DNA from: a virus
Lineage: Duplodnaviria; Heunggongvirae; Uroviricota; Caudoviricetes
Reading direction: 5' to 3' (one strand)
DNA length: 34,527 bases
IMG/VR virus record: IMGVR_UViG_2667527789_000014
The notes beneath the pieces are model-generated. The model was not told the origin of the DNA. It ran no database searches and was given only the letters and a program-made list of their open reading frames with translations. Numbering within the stretch: the stretch's first letter is position 1; the number at the start of each line of letters is the position of its first letter. Shown here in pieces: positions 27,998 through 34,527 of the stretch. Position numbers and translations under genes: made by a program.

Positions 27998-28401
27998 TCC
28001 CCGGCAGTCGCCGCCTGAAACGCCGCGCGGTACAGCACGAGAAGGCGCTGGTATTCACCGATAAAGTCTTCTGCGGTGTATATGCCTTTCACGGCCACGC
28101 TGTGGGTTGTCATTTCCAGAACAAGCGTCATCTCTGACGACGACCAGCTGATGGCGGTGCTGTCGGTTCCGTTGATGTGAAATAAACCAAAACCATCACC
28201 ATCGCCTTTCACGTCCACGCGGTAACGGCCGTCAACGGTGAAGGAGAAATCCCCGTATGTGGTGACGCGTCTGGCGACCTGTTTACAGGCGCGGCGGTAA
28301 TAGTCGTGCCAGTCGTTCAGGCGGGAAGCCAGCCGGGGATCCACTGCCCACATCCAGTTAAAAAAATCCTGAATATCTGAAAGTCCCTTAACGCTCTTCA
28401 T
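27985..28401 (-). CDS. hypothetical early protein (138 aa)
   Basis: Overlaps the replication gene start by 13 nt. No motif recognised. Confidence 0.45.
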   Translation of the reverse strand: MKSVKGLSDIQDFFNWMWAVDPRLASRLNDWHDYYRRACKQVARRVTTYGDFSFTVDGRYRVDVKGDGDGFGLFHINGTDSTAISWSSSEMTLVLEMTTHSVAVKGIYTAEDFIGEYQRLLVLYRAAFQAATAGECDA

Positions 28402-28469
28402 GAGAACCTCCGGTAACCGACGTGCGGAAGCCTCCCGCGCACGGGTGCGGGATGGCTTCAGGATGTTGT

Positions 28470-28697
28470 TTAGTGGTGGTGTTGCTGGTTGATAAGGTCC
28501 TGCAGTTCTGCCAGGTCTTCGGCCAGATAGCTGAAGACTGCCGCGTAATACCCGGCAGCGATACCATCGTTAAGTCGATGTAATGCGTTTGACTGCATGA
28601 TGAAGGTGACAGATGCAGCCCGATGGAGTCTGCGGTTAATTTCAGTGCGGATGTGAAGACGCTCAGCGCGGGCGCGCTGTTGTTTGCGGTTTGCCAT
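28470..28697 (-). CDS. hypothetical small basic protein (75 aa)
   Basis: Plausible AAGAGG 9 nt upstream. This ribosome-binding site lies inside one arm of the repeat element at 28700-29010. Confidence 0.4.
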   Translation of the reverse strand: MANRKQQRARAERLHIRTEINRRLHRAASVTFIMQSNALHRLNDGIAAGYYAAVFSYLAEDLAELQDLINQQHHH

Positions 28698-28699
28698 GG

Positions 28700-29010
28700 T
28701 GTTTGGCCTCTTGTAGTAAGTTCTGAAAACTCACCAACCCGAGGTTCCAAGCTCAGGGTGGCGAGACGTACAGGGTTGGAACTACCGGCTACAAGAGATC
28801 CCGGCCCGACCGAAGTCGGCCCCGTACGCCCCGCCATAATTCTGACGCGAAAAAGACGTGGCGATACAGTACGCACAAAAAAACCGCTGGCGCGGTTGTG
28901 CGCTCTTGTAGTCGGCGGGGTTCCAATCCCGGCACCCGTTTTATGAGGTGCGGGAAAACTGTAACCCGACCAGGCGAACGCTGGCAAGCGGTTTTTTTGT
29001 GTGTGCATGT
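28700..29010. promoter_or_regulatory. structured non-coding element inside the early operon (three copies of a 22-24 nt motif in alternating orientation, plus terminator hairpins)
   Basis: Motif CTCTTGTAG...GGTTCCAA occurs at 28709-28750 and 28904-28927 and inverted at 28774-28797. No credible ORF; the 206 aa ORF in the track here is low-complexity. Confidence 0.35.
28866..28894 (-). terminator. intrinsic terminator or attenuator within the early operon
   Basis: Minus strand reads CGCACA-ACCGC-gcca-GCGGT followed by TTTTTTT. It lies upstream of the replication-proximal genes. Confidence 0.45.
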
Positions 29011-29019
29011 TCTGGTTTC

Positions 29020-29319
29020 TTACTGGTTCAGAAAAAAATCAAAAACCTTGTCAATGCGTTGCAGCAGCTCTTGCTGTATTGCTTCCGGCGTTTCCGGTTC
29101 ACCTGGCGCCTCCAACGTCGCGCAGAAATCAGCGATTTCATGATGGAGCGTCAGGCGAATGGCAGGAGTCGTGGTTCTGGCGTGCTCCAGCTCATCCAGC
29201 AGTGCCAGCACAGCAGACGGCGAGAGCATTGCGCGAAATGCCAGTAATTTTTGAGGCGTTGCCATTCGTTGCAGGGCAAATGCCAGTTCGCGTAGCTTCT
29301 GGTGGTTGATGGTGCTCAT
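29020..29319 (-). CDS. hypothetical early protein (99 aa), paralog of 29608-29859
   Basis: Shares the pattern E-I-x-D-F-x-A-T-L-x-x-P-G-x-P-x-T-P-x-x-I with the 83 aa ORF. Confidence 0.45.
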   Translation of the reverse strand: MSTINHQKLRELAFALQRMATPQKLLAFRAMLSPSAVLALLDELEHARTTTPAIRLTLHHEIADFCATLEAPGEPETPEAIQQELLQRIDKVFDFFLNQ

Positions 29320-29582
29320 GCTCTGGCTTCCTTCAGTAGCTGGTTAAACATGTGAGTAAGTGGATTGCTACACCCGAACGGCATCGGGTTTACGTGGTAA
29401 GAAGCCTGGCCTCCTGTTTTGCGAGCGCGACCACCTGTGCTGCGGTTTGTTCTGATGACTAAGCCGCCGCGCCAGAGTCGGCGTAACTCAGCATTAATGG
29501 CTGTGGTCTGGGTATTCAGTGCCGTGGCGATTTCACTTCCGCTGCACCCCGGATTGGCTGCGATGTAGTCCAGAATGGTCAT
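29316..29582 (-). CDS. putative winged-helix DNA-binding protein (88 aa)
   Basis: N-terminal segment ILDYIAANPGCSGSEIATAL...ELRRLWRGGLV looks like a helix-turn-helix with wing. Flanked by the two paralogous genes. Confidence 0.4.
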   Translation of the reverse strand: MTILDYIAANPGCSGSEIATALNTQTTAINAELRRLWRGGLVIRTNRSTGGRARKTGGQASYHVNPMPFGCSNPLTHMFNQLLKEARA

Positions 29583-29607
29583 CGTGAGATCTCCTTTGCA
29601 GTTCCGG

Positions 29608-29859
29608 TTATTCAGTCGGGTTCAGGGTGTAATCAATGGCGTTTTCAATACGGCGTTTAAGGTCCCGGTGGATCTCACCTGGTGTTACTGGTGCGCCCGG
29701 ACCGCTCAGCGTTGCCGTGAAGTCGTCGATTTCCTCCAGTAACAGATTGCGGAGTACGGCGATGTGGTGGCGTGCGTCTTTACCGGGTTTACGTGCGTTG
29801 GTGGTGTACTTGCTGATCATGGCCGCAGCTCTCCGTGGGCTTGTGTTTCTGATTTCCAT
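29608..29859 (-). CDS. hypothetical early protein (83 aa), paralog of 29020-29319
   Basis: See the paralog. EIDDFTATLSGPGAPVTPGEIHRDLKRRIENAIDYTLNP versus EIADFCATLEAPGEPETPEAIQQELLQRIDKVFDFFLNQ. Confidence 0.45.
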   Translation of the reverse strand: MEIRNTSPRRAAAMISKYTTNARKPGKDARHHIAVLRNLLLEEIDDFTATLSGPGAPVTPGEIHRDLKRRIENAIDYTLNPTE

Positions 29860-30083
29860 GCCCCTCTGATGGTCATTACTTCGCGAACGGTACTGGCAAT
29901 CGCGGTAATTTGTGTGCCGTCAGCCAGATGGATGTAGAGATAATCAGCGTCTGACGGGCACGGCGTGGTCGTTGTGATCAAATAACTTTCCACCATGAAC
30001 TCGCGGCCTGCGGCATCGGTGAAATGCGTCAGCAGGGTTCGTCTTGTGGCGGTAAATATGCTGTTCATCGTCCTGCCCCTCAC
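29817..30083 (-). CDS. hypothetical protein (start at 30083 or 30068)
   Basis: ORF packed between neighbours with a 4 nt overlap upstream. No motif recognised. Confidence 0.4.
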   Translation of the reverse strand: MRGRTMNSIFTATRRTLLTHFTDAAGREFMVESYLITTTTPCPSDADYLYIHLADGTQITAIASTVREVMTIRGAWKSETQAHGELRP

Positions 30084-30358
30084 GCTGAAAACTGGCCGGA
30101 CTGTGCCCGGAGTTCTGCCAGTTCGCGCTCGAGGCGCAGGTTTTTCATATAGAGTTCACTGATGGTCTGTTTTGCTGTCACCATTGCCATGCTTTGCATT
30201 TGCAGGGCCATGTAGGTGGCAAAATGCTTGTCTTTATCTATTTCTGATATTCTTTCATCCAGTACATTGGTTATTTCAGTCAGCGTTTTTTGCGTCAATT
30301 CAATATGCGCCGGGTCGGTAAATAGTTTGTTTATTTCTGTAGGTGTATTGGTGCTCAT
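30080..30358 (-). CDS. hypothetical protein (92 aa), low-GC, predicted coiled coil
   Basis: AT-rich compared with neighbouring phage genes. C-terminal LRLERELAELRA heptad-like segment. Confidence 0.4.
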   Translation of the reverse strand: MSTNTPTEINKLFTDPAHIELTQKTLTEITNVLDERISEIDKDKHFATYMALQMQSMAMVTAKQTISELYMKNLRLERELAELRAQSGQFSA

Positions 30359-30437
30359 AGCTGTTTCTCCGTTTCTGGATTGAGTGAAGCCCTCCGCAGA
30401 TGCGGATGGTTTTAATGTTTTCTGTCCGGTTGGTTAT

Positions 30438-30563
30438 TTATTTACGGCGTTCTTCGCCAGTAAATAAAGATTCGATATTTTTCAGCGCTTCGATAATTCG
30501 CATAATGCCAATCGCCATAAGCACGGAAATAATCAGAATCACCCATGAAAGAAATACGCTCAT
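30438..30563 (-). CDS. small hydrophobic peptide (41 aa), single predicted transmembrane helix
   Basis: MSVFLSWVILIISVLMAIGIMRIIEALKNIESLFTGEERRK. Its ATG overlaps the stop of the upstream gene (ATGA). Below the ORF-track size cutoff. Confidence 0.4.
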   Translation of the reverse strand: MSVFLSWVILIISVLMAIGIMRIIEALKNIESLFTGEERRK

Positions 30564-30802
30564 GCTGCCACCTCTGTGAAATAAGGCTCAACGATTTCAC
30601 CTTCAAACAGTTCGGCCACAATAACTTTTAATTCTTCCAGTGCTTCGCGGTCATCGCTGCCCAGTGCGCAGTTATACAGTCCCATAATTGCGCCCCGCAG
30701 TGAGTTACGAAGTCCTTCGTCCCGGGTTACCCCCCGGTTTGCGAGTTCGAAGTGATAACGCTGCAACGCATTATTAATAAGTATTTTGTAGGCTTCGATC
30801 AT
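30560..30802 (-). CDS. hypothetical protein (80 aa)
   Basis: ORF in the early operon, coupled to the downstream peptide gene. Confidence 0.45.
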   Translation of the reverse strand: MIEAYKILINNALQRYHFELANRGVTRDEGLRNSLRGAIMGLYNCALGSDDREALEELKVIVAELFEGEIVEPYFTEVAA

Positions 30803-30821
30803 GGCTGAATCCTTTTATTTA

Positions 30822-31160
30822 TCAGCGGCGATGTTCCGGGTGCTGAAAACTGCGACCGCTGATTAACCGGTCTGCCGTTCTTAATGCTTCGTGCAGGGTG
30901 AAATCCTGCCCGAACTGCTCATCTCCGCGAGTCAGGGAGTAACAGGTATTTCCGGTAATCGGGTTGCGTGCGCCTCTGTGTATGACAATTCCGGCATCAT
31001 TAATCAGCCAGGTATGTTTACCGGTTTGTTTAACCAGATGCCCGTCAGGTGTGGCGTGCGTTTCCTGCAGGCTGTAGTGCGAGTTGCTGCGTGATGCGCT
31101 GGTTGAGAAACGGGCTGCGTGGCGTTCTGTGCCAGTGCGGAAGCTGCGTCTCTGTGTCAT
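30822..31160 (-). CDS. hypothetical protein (112 aa)
   Basis: ORF in the early operon. No motif recognised. Confidence 0.45.
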   Translation of the reverse strand: MTQRRSFRTGTERHAARFSTSASRSNSHYSLQETHATPDGHLVKQTGKHTWLINDAGIVIHRGARNPITGNTCYSLTRGDEQFGQDFTLHEALRTADRLISGRSFQHPEHRR

Positions 31161-31268
31161 ATCGGAAAACCCCGTTTAAGTTAAATGAAAATCAGTGCCG
31201 GGATGTTTAACCACGCCCGGCGCGTGGTATTCTGGTGTTTCCACACAACCAGAAAAAAGGTAACTAAC

Positions 31269-31592
31269 ATGATTGATAAAAGCGTTAAGGACGCTATCAC
31301 TGAATACCTGGTTAGCATTTACACAACTAATCTTGCTGTGGCTCCTGTTGATAAGTTGACTGACCCAAGAGACTCAGTGGGAGTGGTGTCCGATCTGCTT
31401 ATTTCGCTCCTCATTAGCGAACTTCCCGATGATAAAAGGGATGCATTGATGAAAACTGCGTCAGAAATTTTGCGTCAGATAGAGGGGCAACAAGCCTTTG
31501 CTCCCTATGCCGTGAATATAAGGACACGATTTCATAGTATTAATCATCTTGCGTGCTTTATTCGCGCCTCTAAAGACAAACCAGATCTCTGA
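31269..31592 (+). CDS. hypothetical protein (107 aa), low-GC, opposite strand to the early operon
   Basis: Start at 31269 (MIDKSVKDAITEY). Upstream has a candidate promoter, TTTAAC-16 nt-TATTCT, whose spacer carries the inverted repeat CCACGC-ccggc-GCGTGG. The 3' end overlaps the convergent gene by about 23 nt. Confidence 0.45.
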   Translation: MIDKSVKDAITEYLVSIYTTNLAVAPVDKLTDPRDSVGVVSDLLISLLISELPDDKRDALMKTASEILRQIEGQQAFAPYAVNIRTRFHSINHLACFIRASKDKPDL

Positions 31593-32061
31593 CTTGTTCA
31601 ACAATATATTTTTCCACCCCTTCTTTGACTGGCAGGTTCCGGTCAAGGGAGGGGAAAAGAATCAATGGTTTTTGTAAAAATCCCATTAACGTCGATAAAA
31701 ACTCAATTTTCACATCGAAGCCTTCTGATTTTCGTCGCATTATTTCGCGTTGTACGATTGGCCACATGTAGTCCAGGTTAATTTTCTTTAGCTCCGCAAC
31801 GTAATTAAGGTATGCCTCGCACCCCTGAATGCTTACAGGTCTAAAAGAAATATCCAGATAATTATCAGGAATAATCGTACTGGTTGAATAAATAATTCCA
31901 CCCACAACCCTATCTTTGTGCTTTATTGCTCTGACAAAAAATGTTTTGCCTTCTAAATCCCTTTCTGTTGCCAGCCAGGGGTCTCCTGTTATCAGGCAAT
32001 CCTCGTCAATGGCGATTGCTTCGCCAGCCTTGCTCCCGTGTTCGCTGTATTTCTTAATCAT
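31570..32061 (-). CDS. hypothetical protein (163 aa), low-GC accessory-like gene in the early operon
   Basis: GGGAGGA 5 nt upstream of the ATG. Roughly 40 percent GC by eye against about 55-60 percent nearby. No motif recognised. Confidence 0.5.
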   Translation of the reverse strand: MIKKYSEHGSKAGEAIAIDEDCLITGDPWLATERDLEGKTFFVRAIKHKDRVVGGIIYSTSTIIPDNYLDISFRPVSIQGCEAYLNYVAELKKINLDYMWPIVQREIMRRKSEGFDVKIEFLSTLMGFLQKPLILFPSLDRNLPVKEGVEKYIVEQVRDLVCL

Positions 32062-32091
32062 CCTGTCCTCCCAATGATTGCCAGTTCTATA

Positions 32092-32517
32092 TCACGCAGC
32101 TTTTTTACTGATGCGTTTATTCCGTGAACCAGCTGCTGGCTTAAATAAAAAAAGTCGGTTTTCCCATTCGTGCCATTCTTGCGGTGCGTTTTCAGTGAGT
32201 CGATCGCAGGCTTCATCCCATGCTTTCCGGTTGATGTAAAGTTCGGCGTTTCCGCCAGGCTTGAGGGGATCCGCCATGTACACAGCGGGTAATTTCCCTG
32301 CTTTTGCCATGCTCACGATGGCGTCAACGGTCTTGCCGATATACATCGCAAACCCTTCTTTTGACAGGAGATGAGAAGGGTTTTGTGAAAGCCTGATTTC
32401 CTGGCGTTCAGGGGCTTTGCGCCCGGTCTTTTGGTGTGCGGTTTCTGGCGCATCTGTCAACTGATCGCACTGTGTTTCGGCAGGCGATTCAGGCGCGTTT
32501 TGAGTGACTTCTTGCAT
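32092..32517 (-). CDS. Cox-like excisionase/regulator with an N-terminal extension
   Basis: Start at 32517 (MQEVTQN) with GGAGGA 6 nt upstream. The C-terminal ~85 aa (YIGKTVDAIVSMAKAGKLPAVYMADPLKPGGNAELYINRKAWDE) resembles P2 Cox as I recall it. First gene of the leftward early operon, divergent from the repressor. Confidence 0.5.
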   Translation of the reverse strand: MQEVTQNAPESPAETQCDQLTDAPETAHQKTGRKAPERQEIRLSQNPSHLLSKEGFAMYIGKTVDAIVSMAKAGKLPAVYMADPLKPGGNAELYINRKAWDEACDRLTENAPQEWHEWENRLFLFKPAAGSRNKRISKKAA

Positions 32518-32624
32518 CTGGTATCCTCCGTTATTGGCCCCTTTTTCGAATAGGGACCATGTAGAACCAATTGCGACTATTCTTGTGTTGCTATACACAA
32601 AAATTATTGGAGATTAGAAAAATT
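32518..32624. promoter_or_regulatory. lysis-lysogeny switch region (divergent early and repressor promoters)
   Basis: A 107 bp AT-rich gap between divergent Cox-like and repressor genes. TTATTGG repeats at 32530 and 32604; candidate -35/-10 hexamers TTGCGA and TATACA on the plus strand. Confidence 0.45.
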
Positions 32625-32924
32625 ATGTCAATACCGCAAAATGAGAAATTAAAACTTATCAGAGAGTCCGAACGGATGAAAATGAAGGAACTATCTGATT
32701 TAATTGGAATTAATTACTATACATATCATGGCTATGAAAGTGGGAAATCTAAGATGCCTCTTGATTTTGGGATCCTTCTTTTGCGGCACGCTCGTTTCCG
32801 TAAATACCGTGACTGGTTTTTGTTCGATGAGGTCGAACCAAAGGCCGGGCAGGTGGTACCGGCTCTCGCACACATTGGGCAAAGCGAAGCGGAATCATCC
32901 CACTCCGGCAAGAAGACTGGTTAA
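32625..32924 (+). CDS. immunity repressor, P2 C-type
   Basis: 99 aa, the same length as P2 C. Ends PALAHIGQSEAESSHSGKKTG against PALAHFGQNETTSPHSGQKTG in my recollection of P2 C. GGAG ribosome-binding site upstream. The track ORF starts earlier at 32571. Confidence 0.8.
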   Translation: MSIPQNEKLKLIRESERMKMKELSDLIGINYYTYHGYESGKSKMPLDFGILLLRHARFRKYRDWFLFDEVEPKAGQVVPALAHIGQSEAESSHSGKKTG

Positions 32925-32990
32925 CGGTCCATCTGGCCTTTATTTCTCAAAATTGTGATCAAGATGATGTTTTCATTGGGGGGCTTCCTT

Positions 32991-33986
32991 ATGTCGATTA
33001 AGAAGCTCGCTGATGGCAAATACTGTGTGGACGTGCGGCCTGCTGGATCTGAAGGAAGAAGATTTCGGCGGCGATTTCCTACCCGTGGTGAAGCGGCGAT
33101 GTATGAACGCCATGTTCTGACGCATTATCACGATAAGGACTGGGTCGAAAAACCTATTGAACGTAAAGCGTTAAGCGATCTTCTGGAACTGTGGTGGGTG
33201 TACCACGGTAAGAATCATCGTTATGGCGCGATGAATCGGGTCAGAATTGAAGCGGTTCTTCGTGATATGCAAGAGCTTGGTATTAACAGAAGTGACCACT
33301 TAACCCGAAAAAATATTATCAGATATCGCCTTGAATTAATGAATCGCGGAATTAAGCAGTCAACGGTAAATCGTTATTGTGCAATGATGAGCGGTTTCTT
33401 TGAAAAGCTGATTGATGTTGAAGAGTTTGTGGGTGATAACCCGTTTCACGAGATACGCAAGCTAACAATTAATCAGCCGGAAATGGCTTATCTTGCACAT
33501 GATGATATTCCCAGGCTAACCGCACTTTTATCTGGCGATAATCTTAAGGCTGTATTGTTAAGCCTGGCTACAGGCGGACGCTGGGGTGAAGTTGCCAATA
33601 TTAAAGGTGAACACATAATTGGTGGGAAGGTTATTTTCATGGAGACAAAGAATGGATCGCGGCGGGTTATTCCTATAGCTAAAGCTCTTGAATCTCTGAT
33701 TAAAGTCAAAGCGACGGGAAGATTAATGAACCCCAGTTATGCGATAGTCAGAAGTGCAATAAGGACTGTGCGGCCTGATTTACCAGTCGGTCAGTCTGTG
33801 CATGTTTTACGGCACACATTCGCAACTCATTTCATGATTAATGGAGGGAACATTATTACCCTTCAGCGTATTTTAGGGCACAGCACAATTCAGCAGACAA
33901 TGACCTATGCGCACTTTGCACCTGATTATCTCCAGGACGCGGTAAGGTTCAATCCGGTTGCGGAGTTGTCCAGATTTTGCCCATAA
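32991..33986 (+). CDS. int: tyrosine integrase (P2 Int-like)
   Basis: Starts MSIKKLADGKYCVDVRP (compare P2 Int MAIKKLDDGRYEV). C-terminal catalytic region HVLRHTFATHFMINGGNIITLQRILGHSTIQQTMTYAHFAPDYL carries the R-H-R-Y signature residues. Confidence 0.85.
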   Translation: MSIKKLADGKYCVDVRPAGSEGRRFRRRFPTRGEAAMYERHVLTHYHDKDWVEKPIERKALSDLLELWWVYHGKNHRYGAMNRVRIEAVLRDMQELGINRSDHLTRKNIIRYRLELMNRGIKQSTVNRYCAMMSGFFEKLIDVEEFVGDNPFHEIRKLTINQPEMAYLAHDDIPRLTALLSGDNLKAVLLSLATGGRWGEVANIKGEHIIGGKVIFMETKNGSRRVIPIAKALESLIKVKATGRLMNPSYAIVRSAIRTVRPDLPVGQSVHVLRHTFATHFMINGGNIITLQRILGHSTIQQTMTYAHFAPDYLQDAVRFNPVAELSRFCP

Positions 33987-34075
33987 ACGGGGACTAAATG
34001 GCACTATTCCGAACCACTTTGAACTCGTAACCATTTGATATATAAAGGGGGATAGCGATACGCGCTACCCCCTTA

Positions 34076-34101
34076 TGCCACCTTCGGGTGGCGTTGTTTT
34101 T
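34076..34101 (+). terminator. intrinsic terminator downstream of the integrase gene
   Basis: GCCACC-ttcg-GGTGGC followed by GTTGTTTTTT. A second 12 bp stem (AAGGGGGATAGCG...CGCTACCCCCTT) lies at 34044-34073. Confidence 0.5.
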
Positions 34102-34244
34102 TGCGAGACGACTCGCATTCTGTTTTGTAATTCCCTCACCCTTTGCTTTTCTCTCCGAGCCGCTTTCCATATCTGTTAACGCATAAAAAACTCTGCTGGC
34201 GTTCACAAATGCGCAGGGGTAAAACGTTTCCTGTAGCACCGTGA

Positions 34245-34261
34245 GTTATACTTTGTATAAC
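34245..34261. promoter_or_regulatory. palindromic operator overlapping the promoter of the antitoxin gene
   Basis: GTTATAC-ttt-GTATAAC is a perfect inverted repeat 15 nt upstream of the ATG, overlapping TATACT/TATAAC -10-like hexamers. Confidence 0.5.
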
Positions 34262-34275
34262 TTAAGGAGGTGCAG

Positions 34276-34527
34276 ATGCGTATTACCATAAAAAGATGGG
34301 GGAACAGTGCAGGTATGGTCATTCCCAATATCGTAATGAAAGAACTTAACTTACAGCCGGGGCAGAGCGTGGAGGCGCAAGTGAGCAACAATCAACTGAT
34401 TCTGACACCCATCTCCAGGCGCTACTCGCTTGATGAACTGCTGGCACAGTGTGACATGAACGCCGCGGAACTTAGCGAGCAGGATGTCTGGGGTAAATCC
34501 ACCCCTGCGGGTGACGAAATATGGTAA
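34276..34527 (+). CDS. chpS: MazE/ChpS-family antitoxin (83 aa)
   Basis: MRITIKRWGNSAGMVIPNIVMKELNLQPG... has the AbrB/MazE fold signature and matches E. coli ChpS as I recall it. AAGGAGG 5 nt upstream. The cognate toxin gene would lie beyond the window end. Confidence 0.75.
   Translation: MRITIKRWGNSAGMVIPNIVMKELNLQPGQSVEAQVSNNQLILTPISRRYSLDELLAQCDMNAAELSEQDVWGKSTPAGDEIW

Larger units (their letters stand above)
2069..34125. mobile_element. P2-like temperate myovirus prophage (approximate boundaries)
   Basis: Contiguous gene set: integrase, C repressor, Cox-like, replication protein A, Ogr, portal, terminase, scaffold, capsid, lysis, sheath, tube, tape measure, baseplate, fibre, hub/spike. 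Right end set by the integrase 3' end and the ChpS-family gene. Left end is inferred from where the second hok repeat stops. No att core duplication could be confirmed by eye. Confidence 0.6.

Noticed and set aside
28388-29008. 206 aa minus-strand ORF spanning the non-coding element
   Set aside because: Low-complexity translation, no ribosome-binding site, and it runs through terminator hairpins and repeats.
28700-29010. Retron-like non-coding RNA, suggested by inverted repeats flanking a ~105 bp segment
   Set aside because: No reverse transcriptase gene (no YxDD-containing ORF) anywhere in the window, and the enclosed segment lacks the long hairpin typical of msd. Kept as a regulatory-element candidate instead.
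33987-34270. tRNA gene as integration target at the right junction
   Set aside because: No cloverleaf-compatible sequence found by eye (no acceptor stem with T-loop GTTCRANYC arrangement). The hairpins look like terminators.
1-34527. CRISPR array or cas genes
   Set aside because: No regularly spaced short direct repeats with unique spacers anywhere. The only repeats are the two 406 bp copies and dispersed short motifs.

Overview
The window is dominated by a roughly 32 kb P2-like (myovirus) prophage, about 2069-34125, read from protein motifs and gene order rather than any database search. It carries a P2-type head module (portal, terminase ATPase, scaffold, major capsid, terminase endonuclease subunit, head completion), a contractile-tail module ending in a fused hub/spike gene, a lysis cassette with an embedded frameshifted DNA methyltransferase, and a -1 frameshifting tail chaperone ahead of the tape measure gene. 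The early region has a P2 C-type repressor, a Cox-like gene, a rolling-circle replication protein A and a tyrosine integrase, with an Ogr-type late activator placed between the replication gene and the portal gene. The right flank is a ChpS/MazE-family antitoxin gene. The left flank (1-2068) is AT-rich and holds the 3' part of a gene with a BRCT-like module, two tandem ~406 bp repeats each encoding a HokA-like type I toxin on the minus strand, and a 700 bp repeat-dense non-coding region. The best candidates for an undescribed system are the low-GC convergent gene pair at 31269-32061, the structured non-coding element at 28700-29010, the BRCT-like gene at the left edge, and the small-gene cluster downstream of the replication gene. 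All functions are inferred by eye from translated ORFs; none is confirmed by search.
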